Origin: Eledone cirrhosa
Taxonomy: Eukaryota
NCBI GenBank assembly: GCA_964016885.1
Contig: OZ024753.1
Coordinates: 22,258,001 to 22,322,000, forward strand
Direction of reading: 5' to 3'
DNA: 64,000 nt
Both the position numbers and the translations under genes were made by a program. The notes beneath the pieces were generated by a model that saw only the letters and a program-made list of their open reading frames with translations, did no database searches and had not been told where the DNA came from. Below are positions 50,401 through 64,000 of the stretch, piece by piece. Numbering within the stretch: position 1 is the stretch's first letter; each line of letters begins with the position of its first letter.

Positions 50401-53400
50401 GTGACCAGCAGTCACCCATATCCGAGGCCCAAGTCCGGGGAAGGTTGTATTTGTGACCAGCAGTCACGCATATCCGAGGCCCAAGTCCGGGGAAGGTTGT
50501 ATTTGTGACCAGCAGTCACCCATATCCGAGGCCCAAGTCCGGGGAAGGTTGTATTTGTGACCAGCAGTCACCCATATCCGAGGTTCAAGTCCGGGGAAGG
50601 TTGTATTTGTGACCAGCAGTCACCCATATCCGAGATTCAAGTTCGGGGAAGGTTGTATTTGTGACCTGCAGTCACCCATATCCGAGGTTCAAGTCCGGGG
50701 AAGGTTGTATTTGTGACCAGCAGTCACCCATATCCGAGGCCCAAGGCCGGGAAGGTTGTATTTGTGACCAGCAGTCACCCATATCCGAGATTCAAGTCTG
50801 GGGAAGGTTGTATTTGTGACCAGCAGTCACCTATATCCGAGGCCCAAGGCCGGGAAGGTTGTATTTGTTACCAGCAGTCACCCATATCCGAGGTTCAAGT
50901 CCGGGGAAGGTTGTATTTGTGACCAGCAGTCAACCATATCCGAGGCCCAAGGCCGGGAAGGTTGTATTTGTGACCAGCAGTCACCCATATCCGAGGCCCA
51001 AGGCCGGGAAGGTTGTATTTGTGACCAGCAGTCACTCATATCAGAGATTCAAGTCCGGGGAAGGTTGTATTTGTGACCAGCAGTCACCCATATCCGAGGT
51101 TCAAGTCCAGGGAAGGTTGTATTTGTGACCAGCAGTCACCCATATCCGAGATTCAAGTCCAGGGAAGGTTGTATTTGTGACCAGCAGTCACCCATATCCG
51201 AGGTTCAAGTCCGGGGAAGGTTGTATTTGTGACCAGCAGTCACCCATATCCGAAGCCCAAGTCCGGGGATGTTGTATTTGTGACCAGCAGTCACCCATAT
51301 CCGAGGTTCAAGTCCAGGGAAGGTTGTATATGTGACCAGCAGTCACCCATATCCGAGGCCCAAGGCCGGGAAGGTTGTATTTGTGACCAGCAGTCACCCA
51401 TATCCGAGATTCAAGTCTGGGGAAGGTTGTATTTGTGACCAGCAGTCACCCATATCCGAGGTTCAAGTCCAGGGAAGGTTGTATTTGTGACCAGTAGTCA
51501 CCCATTTCCGAGGCCCAAGTCTGGGGAAGGTTGTATTTGTGACCTGCAGTCACCCATATCCGAGGCCCAAGTCCGGGGAAGGTTGTATTTGTGACCAGCA
51601 GTCACCCATATCCGAGGTTCAAGTCCGGGGCAGGTTGTATTTGTGACCAGCAGTCACCCATATCCGAAGCCCAAGTCCGGGGAAGGTTGTATTTGTGACC
51701 AGCAGTCACCCATATCCGAGGCCCAAGGCCGGGGAAGGTTGTATTTGTGACCAGCAGTCACCCATATCCGAGGCCCAAGTCCGGGGAAGGTTGTATTTGT
51801 GACCAGCAGTCACCCATATCCGAGGCCAAAGTCCGGGGAAGGTTGTATTTGTGACCAGCAGTCACCCATATCCGAGGCCCAAGTCCGGGGAAGGTTGTAT
51901 TTGTGACCAGCAGTCACCCATATCCGAGGTTCAAGTCCAGAGAAGGTTGTATTTGTGACCAGCAGTCACCCATATCCGAGGTTCAAGTCCGGGGAAGGTT
52001 GTATTTGTGACCAGCAGTCACCCATATCCGAGGCCCAAGTCCGGGGAAGGTTGTATTTGTGACCAGCAGTCACGCATATCCGAGGCCCAAGTCCGGGGAA
52101 GGTTGTATTTGTGACCAGCAGTCACCCATATCCGAGGCCCAAGTCCGGGGAAGGTTGTATTTGTGACCAGCAGTCACCCATATCCGAGGTTCAAGTCCGG
52201 GGAAGGTTGTATTTGTGACCAGCAGTCACCCATATCCGAGGCCAAAGTCTGGGGAAGGTTGTATTTGTGACCAGCAGTCACCCATATCCGAGGTTCAAGT
52301 CCAGGGAAGGTTGTATTTGTGACCAGCAGTCACCCATATCCGAGGTTCAAGTCCGGGGAAGGTTGTATTTGTGACCAGCAGTCACCCATATCCGAGATTC
52401 AAGTCCGGGGAAGGTTGTATTTGTGACCAGCAGTCACCCATATCCGAGGTTCAAGTCCGGGGAATGTTGTATTTGTGACCAGCAGTCACCCATATCCGAA
52501 ATTCAAGTCCAGGGAAGGTTGTATTTGTGACCAGCAGTCACCCATATCCGAGGCCCAAGTCTGGGGAAGGTTGTATTTGTGACCTGCAGTCACCCATATC
52601 CGAGGCCCAAGTCCGGGGAAGGTTGTATTTGTGACCAGCAGTCACCCATATCCGAGGTTCAAGTCCGGGGCAGGTTGTATTTGTGACCAGCAGTCACCCA
52701 TATCCGAAGCCCAAGTCCGGGGAAGGTTGTATTTGTGACCAGCAGTCACCCATATCCGAGGCCCAAGGCCGGGGAAGGTTGTATTTGTGACCAGCAGTCA
52801 CCCATATCCGAGGCCCAAGTCCGGGGAAGGTTGTATTTGTGACCAGCAGTCACCCATATCCGAGGCCCAAGTCCGGGGAAGGTTGTATTTGTGACCAGCA
52901 GTCACCCATATCCGAGGCCCAAGTCCGGGGAAGGTTGTATTTGTGACCAGCAGTCACCCATATCCGAGGTTCAAGTCCAGGGAAGGTTGTATTTGTGACC
53001 AGCAGTCACCCATATCCGAGGTTCAAGTCCGGGGAAGGTTGTATTTGTGACCAGCAGTCACCCATATCCGAGGCCCAAGTCCGGGGAAGGTTGTATTTGT
53101 GACCAGCAGTCACGCATATCCGAGGCCCAAGTCCGGGGAAGGTTGTATTTGTGACCAGCAGTCACCCATATCCGAGGCCCAAGTCCGGGGAAGGTTGTAT
53201 TTGTGACCAGCAGTCACCCATATCCGAGGTTCAAGTCCGGGGAAGGTTGTATTTGTGACCAGCAGTCACCCATATCCGAGATTCAAGTCCGGGGAAGGTT
53301 GTATTTGTGACCTGCAGTCACCCATATCCGAGGTTCAAGTCCGGGGAAGGTTGTATTTGTGACCAGCAGTCACCCATATCCGAGGCCCAAGGCCGGGAAG

Positions 53401-56400
53401 GTTGTATTTGTGACCAGCAGTCACCCATATCCGAGATTCAAGTCTGGGGAAGGTTGTATTTGTGACCAGCAGTCACCCATATCCGAGGTTCAAGTCCAGG
53501 GAAGGTTGTATTTGTGACCAGCAGTCACCCATATCCGAGGTTCAAGTCCGGGGAAGGTTGTATTTGTGACCAGCAGTCACCCATATCCGAGATTCAAGTC
53601 CGGGGAAGGTTGTATTTGTGACCAGCAGTCACCCATATCCGAGGTTCAAGTCCGGGGAAGGTTGTATTTGTGACCAGCAGTCACCCATATCCGAGGACCA
53701 AGGCCGGGAAGGTTGTATTTGTGACCAGCAGTCACCCATATCCGAGATTCAAGTCCGGGGAAGGTTGTATTTGTGACCAGCAGTCACCCATATCCGAGGT
53801 TCAAGTCCAGGGAAGGTTGTATTTGTGACCAGCAGTCACCCATATCCGAGGCCCAAGTCCGGGGCAGGTTGTATTTGTGACCAGCAGTCACCCATATCCG
53901 AGGCCCAAGTCCGGGGAAGGTTGTATTTGTGACCAGCAGTCACCTATATCCGAGGTTCAAGTCCGGGGAAGGTTGTATTTGTGACCAGCAGTCACCCATA
54001 TCCGAGGCCCAAGGCCGGGGAAGGTTGTATTTGTGACCAGCAGTCACCCATATCCGAGGCCCAAGTCCGGGGAAGGTTGTATTTGTGACCAGCAGTCACC
54101 CATAACCGAGGCCCAAGTCCGGGGAAGGTTGTATTTGTGACCAGCAGTCACCCATATCCGAGGCCCAAGTCCGGGGAAGGTTGTATTTGTGACCAGCAGT
54201 CACCCATATCCGAGATTCAAGTCCGGGGAAGGTTGTATTTGTGACCAGCAGTCACCCATATCCGAGGTTCAAGTCCGGGGAATCTTGTATTTGTGACCAG
54301 CAGTCACCCATATCCGAGGCCCAAGTCCGGGGAAGGTTGTATTTGTGACCAGCAGTCACCCATATCCGAGGTTCAAGTCCGGGGCAGGTTGTATTTGTGA
54401 CCAGCAGTCACCCATATCCGAAGCCCAAGTCCGGGGAAGGTTGTATTTGTGACCAGCCGTCACCCATATCCGAGGCCCAAGGCCGGGGAAGGTTGTATTT
54501 GTGACCAGCAGTCACCCATATCCGAGGCCCAAGTCCGGGGAAGGTTGTATTTGTGACCAGCAGTCACCCATATCCGAGGCCCAAGTCCGGGGAAGGTTGT
54601 ATTTGTGACCAGCAGTCACCCATATCTGAGGCCCAAGTCCGGGGAAGGTTGTATTTGTGACCAGCAGTCACCCATATCCGAGGTTCAAGTCCAGGGAAGG
54701 TTGTATTTGTGACCAGCAGTCACCCATATCCGAGGTTCAAGTCCGGGGAAGGTTGTATTTGTGACCAGCAGTCACCCATATCCGAGGCCCAAGTCCGGGG
54801 AAGGTTGTATTTGTGACCAGCAGTCACGCATATCCGAGGCCCAAGTCCGGGGAAGGTTGTATTTGTGACCAGCAGTCACCCATATCCGAGGCCCAAGTCC
54901 GGGGAAGGTTGTATTTGTGACCAGCAGTCACCCATATCCGAGGTTCAAGTCCGGGGAAGGTTGTATTTTTGACCAGCAGTCACCCATATCCGAGATTCAA
55001 GTCCGGGGAAGGTTGTATTTGTGACCTGCAGTCACCCATATCCGAGGTTCAAGTCCGGGGAAGGTTGTATTTGTGACCAGCAGTCACCCATATCCGAGGC
55101 CCAAGGCCGGGAAGGTTGTATTTGTGACCAGCAGTCACCCATATCCGAGATTCAAGTCTGGGGAAGGTTGTATTTGTGACCAGCAGTCACCCATATCCGA
55201 GGTTCAAGTCCAGGGAAGGTTGTATTTGTGACCAGCAGTCACCCATATCCGAGGTTCAAGTCCGGGGAAGGTTGTATTTGTGACCAGCAGTCACCCACAT
55301 CCGAGATTCAAGTCCGGGGAAGGTTGTATTTGTGACCAGCAGTCACCCATATCCGAGGTTCAAGTCCGGGGAAGGTTGTATTTGTGACCAGCAGTCACCC
55401 ATATCCGAGGCCCAAGGCCGGGAAGGTTGTATTTGTGACCAGCAGTCACCCATATCAGAGATTCAAGTCCGGGGAAGGTTGTATTTGTGACCAGCAGTCA
55501 CCCATATCCGAGGTTCAAGTCCAGGGAAGGTTGTATTTGTGACCAGCAGTCACCCATATCAGAGGCCCAAGTCCGGGGAAGGTTGAATTTGTGACCAGCA
55601 GTCACCCATATCCGAGGCCCAAGTCCGGGGAAGGTTGCATTTGTGACCAGCAGTCACCCATATCCGAGGTTCAAGTCCGGGGAAGGTTGTATTTGTGACC
55701 AGCAATCACCCATATCCGAGGCCCAAGGCCGGGAAGGTTGTATTTGTTACCAGCAGTCACCCATATCCGAGGTTCAAGTCCGGGGAAGGTTGTATTTGTG
55801 ACCAGCAGTCACCCATATCCGAGGCCCAAGGCCGGGAAGGTTGTATTTGTGACCAGCAGTCACCCATATCCGAGGCCCAAGGCCGGGAAGGTTGTATTTG
55901 TGACCAGCAGTCACCCATATCAGAGATTCAAGTCCGGGGAAGGTTGTATTTGTGACCAGCAGTCACCCATATCCGAGGTTCAAGTCCAGGGAAGGTTGTA
56001 TTTGTTACCAGCAGTCACCCATATCCGAGGTTCAAGTCCGGGGAATCTTGTATTTGTGACCAGCAGTCACCCATATCCGAGGCCCAAGTCCGGGGAAGGT
56101 TGTATTTGTGACCAGCAGTCACCCATATCCGAGGTTCAAGTCCGGGGCAGGTTGTATTTGTGACCAGCAGTCACCCATATCCGAAGCCCAAGTCCGGGGA
56201 AGGTTGTATTTGTGACCAGCCGTCACCCATATCCGAGGCCCAAGGCCGGGGAAGGTTGTATTTGTGACCAGCAGTCACCCATATCCGAGGCCCAAGTCCG
56301 GGGAAGGTTGTATTTGTGACCAGCATTCACCCATATCCGAGGCCCAAGTCCGGGGAAGGTTGTATTTGTGACCAGCAGTCACCCATATCTGAGGCCCAAG

Positions 56401-59400
56401 TCCGGGGAAGGTTGTATTTGTGACCAGCAGTCACCCATATCCGAGGTTCAAGTCCAGGGAAGGTTGTATTTGTGACCAGCAGTCACACATATCCGAGGTT
56501 CAAGTCCGGGGAAGGTTGTATTTGTGACCAGCAGTCACCCATATCCGAGGCCCAAGTCCGGGGAAGGTTGTATTTGTGACCAGCAGTCACGCATATCCGA
56601 GGCCCAAGTCCGGGGAAGGTTGTATTTGTGACCAGCAGTCACCCATATCCGAGGCCCAAGTCCGGGGAAGGTTGTATTTGTGACCAGCAGTCACCCATAT
56701 CCGAGGTTCAAGTCCGGGGAAGGTTGTATTTGTGACCAGCAGTCACCCATATCCGAGATTCAAGTTCGGGGAAGGTTGTATTTGTGACCTGCAGTCACCC
56801 ATATCCGAGGTTCAAGTCCGGGGAAGGTTGTATTTGTGACCAGCAGTCACCCATATCCGAGGCCCAAGGCCGGGAAGGTTGTATTTGTGACCAGCAGTCA
56901 CCCATATCCGAGATTCAAGTCTGGGGAAGGTTGTATTTGTGACCAGCAGTCACCCATATCCGAGGCCCAAGGCCGGGAAGGTTGTATTTGTTACCAGCAG
57001 TCACCCATATCCGAGGTTCAAGTCCGGGGAAGGTTGTATTTGTGACCAGCAGTCAACCATATCCGAGGCCCAAGGCCGGGAAGGTTGTATTTGTGACCAG
57101 CAGTCACCCATATCCGAGGCCCAAGGCCGGGAAGGTTGTATTTGTGACCAGCAGTCACTCATATCAGAGATTCAAGTCCGGGGAAGGTTGTAATTGTGAC
57201 CAGCAGTCACCCATATCCGAGGTTCAAGTCCAGGGAAGGTTGTATTTGTGACCAGCAGTCACCCATATCCGAGATTCAAGTCCAGGGAAGGTTGTATTTG
57301 TGACCAGCAGTCACCCATATCCGAGTTTCAAGTCCGGGGAAGGTTGTATATGTGACCAGCAGTCACCCATATCCGAGGCCCAAGGCCGGGAAGGTTGTAT
57401 TTGTGACCAGCAGTCACCCATATCCGAGATTCAAGTCTGGGGAAGGTTGAATTTGTGACCAGCAGTCACCCATATCCGAGGTTCAAGTCCAGGGAAGGTT
57501 GTATTTGTGACCAGTAGTCACCCATTTCCGAGGCCCAAGTCTGGGGAAGGTTGTATTTGTGACCTGCAGTCACCCATATCCGAGGCCCAAGTCCGGGGAA
57601 GGTTGTATTTGTGACCAGCAGTCACCCATATCCGAGGTTCAAGTCCGGGGCAGGTTGTATTTGTGACCAGCAGTCACCCATATCCGAAGCCCAAGTCCGG
57701 GGAAGGTTGTATTTGTGACCAGCAGTCACCCATATCCGAGGCCCAAGGCCGGGGAAGGTTGTATTTGTGACCAGCAGTCACCCATATCCGAGGCCCAAGT
57801 CCGGGGAAGGTTGTATTTGTGACCAGCAGTCACCCATATCCGAGGCCAAAGTCCGGGGAAGGTTGTATTTGTGACCAGCAGTCACGCATATCCGAGGCCC
57901 AAGTCCGGGGAAGGTTGTATTTGTGACCAGCAGTCACCCATATCCGAGGCCCAAGTCCGGGGAAGGTTGTATTTGTGACCAGCAGTCACCCATATCCGAG
58001 GTTCAAGTCCGGGGAAGGTTGTATTTGTGACCAGCAGTCACCCATATCCGAGATTCAAGTTCGGGGAAGGTTGTATTTGTGACCTGCAGTCACCCATATC
58101 CGAGGTTCAAGTCCGGGGAAGGTTGTATTTGTGACCAGCAGTCACCCATATCCGAGGCCCAAGGCCGGGAAGGTTGTATTTGTGACCAGCAGTCACCCAT
58201 ATCCGAGATTCAAGTCTGGGGAAGGTTGTATTTGTGACCAGCAGTCACCCATATCCGAGGCCCAAGGCCGGGAAGGTTGTATTTGTTACCAGCAGTCACC
58301 CATATCCGAGGTTCAAGTCCGGGGAAGGTTGTATTTGTGACCAGCAGTCAACCATATCCGAGGCCCAAGGCCGGGAAGGTTGTATTTGTGACCAGCAGTC
58401 ACCCATATCCGAGGCCCAAGGCCGGGAAGGTTGTATTTGTGACCAGCAGTCACCCATATCCGAGATTCAAGTCTGGGGAAGGTTGAATTTGTGACCAGCA
58501 GTCACCCATATCCGAGGTTCAAGTCCAGGGAAGGTTGTATTTGTGACCAGTAGTCACCCATTTCCGAGGCCCAAGTCTGGGGAAGGTTGTATTTGTGACC
58601 TGCAGTCACCCATATCCGAGGCCCAAGTCCGGGGAAGGTTGTATTTGTGACCAGCAGTCACCCATATCCGAGGTTCAAGTCCGGGGCAGGTTGTATTTGT
58701 GACCAGCAGTCACCCATATCCGAAGCCCAAGTCCGGGGAAGGTTGTATTTGTGACCAGCAGTCACCCATATCCGAGGCCCAAGGCCGGGGAAGGTTGTAT
58801 TTGTGACCAGCAGTCACCCATATCCGAGGCCCAAGTCCGGGGAAGGTTGTATTTGTGACCAGCAGTCACCCATATCCGAGGCCAAAGTCCGGGGAAGGTT
58901 GTATTTGTGACCAGCAGTCACCCATATCCGAGGCCCAAGTCCGGGGAAGGTTGTATTTGTGACCAGCAGTCACCCATATCCGAGGTTCAAGTCCAGAGAA
59001 GGTTGTATTTGTGACCAGCAGTCACCCATATCCGAGGTTCAAGTCCGGGGAAGGTTGTATTTGTGACCAGCAGTCACCCATATCCGAGGCCCAAGTCCGG
59101 GGAAGGTTGTATTTGTGACCAGCAGTCACGCATATCCGAGGCCCAAGTCCGGGGAAGGTTGTATTTGTGACCAGCAGTCACCCATATCCGAGGCCCAAGT
59201 CCGGGGAAGGTTGTATTTGTGACCAGCAGTCACCCATATCCGAGGTTCAAGTCCGGGGAAGGTTGTATTTGTGACCAGCAGTCACCCATATCCGAGGCCA
59301 AAGTCTGGGGAAGGTTGTATTTGTGACCAGCAGTCACCCATATCCGAGGTTCAAGTCCAGGGAAGGTTGTATTTGTGACCAGCAGTCACCCATATCCGAG

Positions 59401-62400
59401 GCCCAAGGCCGGGGAAGGTTGTATTTGTGACCAGCAGTCACCCATATCCGAGGCCCAAGTCCGGGGAAGGTTGTATTTGTGACCAGCAGTCACCCATATC
59501 CGAGGCCCAAGTCCGGGGAAGGTTGTATTTGTGACCAGCAGTCACCCATATCCGAGGCCCAAGTCCGGGGAAGGTTGTATTTGTGACCAGCAGTCACCCA
59601 TATCCGAGGTTCAAGTCCAGGGAAGGTTGTATTTGTGACCAGCAGTCACCCATATCCGAGGTTCAAGTCCGGGGAAGGTTGTATTTGTGACCAGCAGTCA
59701 CCCATATCCGAGGCCCAAGTCCGGGGAAGGTTGTATTTGTGACCAGCAGTCACGCATATCCGAGGCCCAAGTCCGGTGAAGGTTGTATTTGTGACCAGCA
59801 GTCACCCATATCCGAGGCCCAAGTCCGGGGAAGGTTGTATTTGTGACCAGCAGTCACCCATATCCGAGGTTCAAGTCCGGGGAAGGTTGTATTTGTGACC
59901 AGCAGTCACCCATATCCGAGATTCAAGTCCGGGGAAGGTTGTATTTGTGACCTGCAGTCACCCATATACGAGGTTCAAGTCCGGGGAAGGTTGTATTTGT
60001 GACCAGCAGTCACCCATATCCGAGGCCCAAGGCCGGGAAGGTTGTATTTGTGACCAGCAGTCACCCATATCCGAGATTCAAGTCTGGGGAAGGTTGTATT
60101 TGTGACCAGCAGTCACCCATATCCGAGGTTCAAGTCCAGGGAAGGTTGTATTTGTGACCAGCAGTCACCCATATCCGAGGTTCAAGTCCGGGGAAGGTTG
60201 TATTTGTGACCAGCAGTCACCCATATCCGAGGCCCAAGGCCGGGAAGGTTGTATTTGTGACCAGCAGTCACCCATATCCGAGATTCAAGTCCGGGGAAGG
60301 TTGTATTTGTGACCAGCAGTCACCCATATCCGAGGTTCAAGTCCAGGGAAGGTTGTATTTGTGACCAGCAGTCACCCATATCAGAGGCCCAAGTCCGGGG
60401 AAGGTTGTATTTGTGACCAGCAGTCACCCATATCCGAGGCCCAAGTCCGGGGAAGGTTGTATTTGTGACCAGCAGTCACCCATATCCGAGGTTCAAGTCC
60501 GGGGAAGGTTGTATTTGTGACCAGCAGTCACCCATATCCGAGGCCCAAGGCCGGGAAGGTTGTATTTGTTACCAGCAGTCACCCATATCCGAGATTCAAG
60601 TCCGGGGAAGGTTGTATTTGTGACCAGCAGTCACCCATATCCGAGGCCCAAGGTCGGGAAGGTTGTATTTGTGACCAGCAGTCACCCATATCAGAGATTC
60701 AAGTCCGGGGAAGGTTGTATTTGTGACCAGCAGTCACCCATATCCGAGGTTCAAGTCCGGGGAAGGTTGTATTTGTGACCAGCAGTCACCCATATCCGAG
60801 GCCCAAGGCCGGGAAGGTTGTATTTGTGACCAGCTGTCACCCATATCCGAGATTCAAGTCCGGGGAAGGTTGTATTTGTGACCAGCAGTCACCCATATCC
60901 GAGGTTCAAGTCCAGGGAAGGTTGTATTTGTGACCAGCAGTCCCCCATATCCGAGGCCCAAGTCCGGAAAGGTTGTATTTGTGACCAGCAGTCACCCATA
61001 TCCGAGGCCCAAGTCCGGGGAAGGTTGCATTTGTGACCAGCAGTCACCCATATCCGAGGTTCAAGTCCGGGGAAGGTTGTATTTGTGACCAGCAGTCACC
61101 CATATCCGAGGCCCAAGGCCGGGAAGGTTGTATTTGTTACCAGCAGTCACCCATATCCGAGGTTCAAGTCCGGGGAAGGTTGTATTTGTGACCAGCAGTC
61201 ACCCATATCCGAGGCCCAAGGCCGGGAAGGTTGTATTTGTGACCAGCAGTCACCCATATCCGAGGCCCAAGGCCGGGAAGGTTGTATTTGTGACCAGCAG
61301 TCACCCATATCAGAGATTCAAGTCCGGGGAAGGTTGTATTTGTGACCAGCAGTCACCCATATCCGAGGTTCAAGTCCAGGGAAGGTTGTATTTGTGACCA
61401 GCAGTCACCCATATCCGAGGTTCAAGACCGGGGAATCTTGTATTTGTGACCAGCAGTCACCCATATCCGAGGCCCAAGGCCGGGGAAGGTTGTATTTGTG
61501 ACCAGCAGTCACCCATATCAGAGATTCAAGTCCGGGGAAGGTTGTATTTGTGACCAGCAGTCACCCATATCCGAGGTTCAAGTCCAGGGAAGGTTGTATT
61601 TGTGACCAGCAGTCACCCATATCCGAAGCCCAAGTCCGGGGAAGGTTGTATTTGTGACCAGCCGTCACCCATATCCGAGGCCCAAGGCCGGGGAAGGTTG
61701 TATTTGTGACCAGCAGTCACCCATATCCGAGGCCCAATTCCGGGGAAGGTTGTATTTGTGACCAGCAGTCACCCATATCCGAGGCCCAAGTCCGGGGAAG
61801 GTTGTATTTGTGACCAGCAGTCACCCATATCTGAGGCCCAAGTCCGGGGAAGGTTGTATTTGTGACCAGCAGTCACCCATATCCGAGGTTCAAGTCCAGG
61901 GAAGGTTGTATTTGTGACCAGCAGTCACCCATATCCGAGGTTCAAGTCCGGGGAAGGTTGTATTTGTGACCAGCAGTCACCCATATCCGAGGCCCAAGGC
62001 CGGGGAAGGTTGTATTTGTGACCAGCCGTCACCCATATCCGAGGCCCAAGGCCGGGGAAGGTTGTATTTGTGACCAGCAGTCACCCATATCCGAGGCCCA
62101 AGTCCGGGGAAGGTTGTATTTGTGACCAGCAGTCACCCATATCCGAGGCCCAAGTCCGGGGAAGGTTGTATTTGTGACCAGCAGTCACCCATATCTGAGG
62201 CCCAAGTCCGGGGAAGGTTGTATTTGTGACCAGCAGTCACCCATATCCGAGGTTCAAGTCCAGGGAAGGTTGTATTTGTGACCAGCAGTCACCCATATCC
62301 GAGGTTCAAGTCCGGGGAAGGTTGTATTTGTGACCAGCAGTCACCCATATCCGAGGCCCAAGTCCGGGGAAGGTTGTATTTGTGACCAGCAGTCACGCAT

Positions 62401-64000
62401 ATCCGAGGCCCAAGTCCGGGGAAGGTTGTATTTGTGACCAGCAGTCACCCATATCCGAGGCCCAAGTCCGGGGAAGGTTGTATTTGTGACCAGCAGTCAC
62501 CCATATCCGAGGTTCAAGTCCGGGGAAGGTTGTATTTTTGACCAGCAGTCACCCATATCCGAGATTCAAGTCCGGGGAAGGTTGTATTTGTGACCTGCAG
62601 TCACCCATATCCGAGGTTCAAGTCCGGGGAAGGTTGTATTTGTGACCAGCAGTCACCCATATCCGAGGCCCAAGGCCGGGAAGGTTGTATTTGTGACCAG
62701 CAGTCACCCATATCCGAGATTCAAGTCTGGGGAAGGTTGTATTTGTGACCAGCAGTCACCCATATCCGAGGTTCAAGTCCAGGGAAGGTTGTATTTGTGA
62801 CCAGCAGTCACCCATATCCGAGGTTCAAGTCCGGGGAAGGTTGTATTTGTGACCAGCAGTCACCCACATCCGAGATTCAAGTCCGGGGAAGGTTGTATTT
62901 GTGACCAGCAGTCACCCATATCCGAGGTTCAAGTCCGGGGAAGGTTGTATTTGTGACCAGCAGTCACCCATATCCGAGGCCCAAGGCCGGGAAGGTTGTA
63001 TTTGTGACCAGCAGTCACCCATATCAGAGATTCAAGTCCGGGGAAGGTTGTATTTGTGACCAGCAGTCACCCATATCCGAGGTTCAAGTCCAGGGAAGGT
63101 TGTATTTGTGACCAGCAGTCACCCATATCAGAGGCCCAAGTCCGGGGAAGGTTGAATTTGTGACCAGCAGTCACCCATATCCGAGGCCCAAGTCCGGGGA
63201 AGGTTGCATTTGTGACCAGCAGTCACCCATATCCGAGGTTCAAGTCCGGGGAAGGTTGTATTTGTGACCAGCAATCACCCATATCCGAGGCCCAAGGCCG
63301 GGAAGGTTGTATTTGTTACCAGCAGTCACCCATATCCGAGGTTCAAGTCCGGGGAAGGTTGTATTTGTGACCAGCAGTCACCCATATCCGAGGCCCAAGG
63401 CCGGGAAGGTTGTATTTGTGACCAGCAGTCACCCATATCCGAGGCCCAAGGCCGGGAAGGTTGTATTTGTGACCAGCAGTCACCCATATCAGAGATTCAA
63501 GTCCGGGGAAGGTTGTATTTGTGACCAGCAGTCACCCATATCCGAGGTTCAAGTCCAGGGAAGGTTGTATTTGTTACCAGCAGTCACCCATATCCGAGGT
63601 TCAAGTCCGGGGAAGGTTGTATTTGTGACCAGCAGTCACCCATATCCGAGGCCCAAGTCCGGGGAAGGTTGTATTTGTGACCAGCAGTCACCCATATCCG
63701 AGGTTCAAGTCCGGGGCAGGTTGTATTTGTGACCAGCAGTCACCCATATCCGAAGCCCAAGTCCGGGGAAGGTTGTATTTGTGACCAGCCGTCACCCATA
63801 TCCGAGGCCCAAGGCCGGGGAAGGTTGTATTTGTGACCAGCAGTCACCCATATCCGAGGCCCAAGTCCGGGGAAGGTTGTATTTGTGACCAGCATTCACC
63901 CATATCCGAGGCCCAAGTCCGGGGAAGGTTGTATTTGTGACCAGCAGTCACCCATATCTGAGGCCCAAGTCCGGGGAAGGTTGTATTTGTGACCAGCAGT
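11465..64000. repeat. 52-bp satellite DNA array, roughly 1,000 head-to-tail monomers, continuing past the window end
   Basis: Consensus AAGTCCGGGGAAGGTTGTATTTGTGACCAGCAGTCACCCATATCCGAGGCCC (52 nt). Common variants are GAGGTTC or GAGATTC for GAGGCCC, CCAGGG or CTGGGG for CCGGGG, a 51-bp AAGGCCGGGAAG form and a CCTGCAG loop. I saw no insertions or inversions. Confidence 0.99.

Noticed and set aside
11409-63732. Dozens of 63-141 aa ORFs (TSSHPYPR/CICDQQSP repeats)
   Set aside because: They arise from translating a 52-nt unit through three frames until TTG-TGA; longer ones occur only where 51-bp or stop-losing variants happen to fall.
11465-64000. CRISPR-like array (hairpin repeat plus variable segment)
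   Set aside because: There are no unique spacers: the variable part differs by only 1-3 nt between monomers. No cas genes are present and the context is eukaryotic.

Overview
Eukaryotic (animal) repeat-rich DNA with no recognisable host gene; the SINE family resembles, from memory, octopod cephalopod SINEs. Bases 1-11.4 kb are a mosaic of retroelements nested in (TA)n, (CA)n and (TAA)n microsatellites. They include a Penelope-like element (PLE; RT + GIY-YIG ORF open over 36-1916), several short PLE-derived pieces carrying minimal type I hammerhead ribozyme (HHR) motifs, three of them folded into long inverted repeats, and six copies of a tRNA-derived SINE. They also include two L1/Tx1-type 3' ends and a 5'-truncated R4/Dong-type RLE element flanked by (TAA)n. 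From about 11,465 to the window end lies an uninterrupted array of roughly 1,000 copies of a 52-bp satellite with layered higher-order duplications, possibly amplified in situ from a SINE segment. Best leads: the HHR fold-back elements and the origin and variant structure of the satellite. The small ORFs in the satellite and microsatellites are artefacts.
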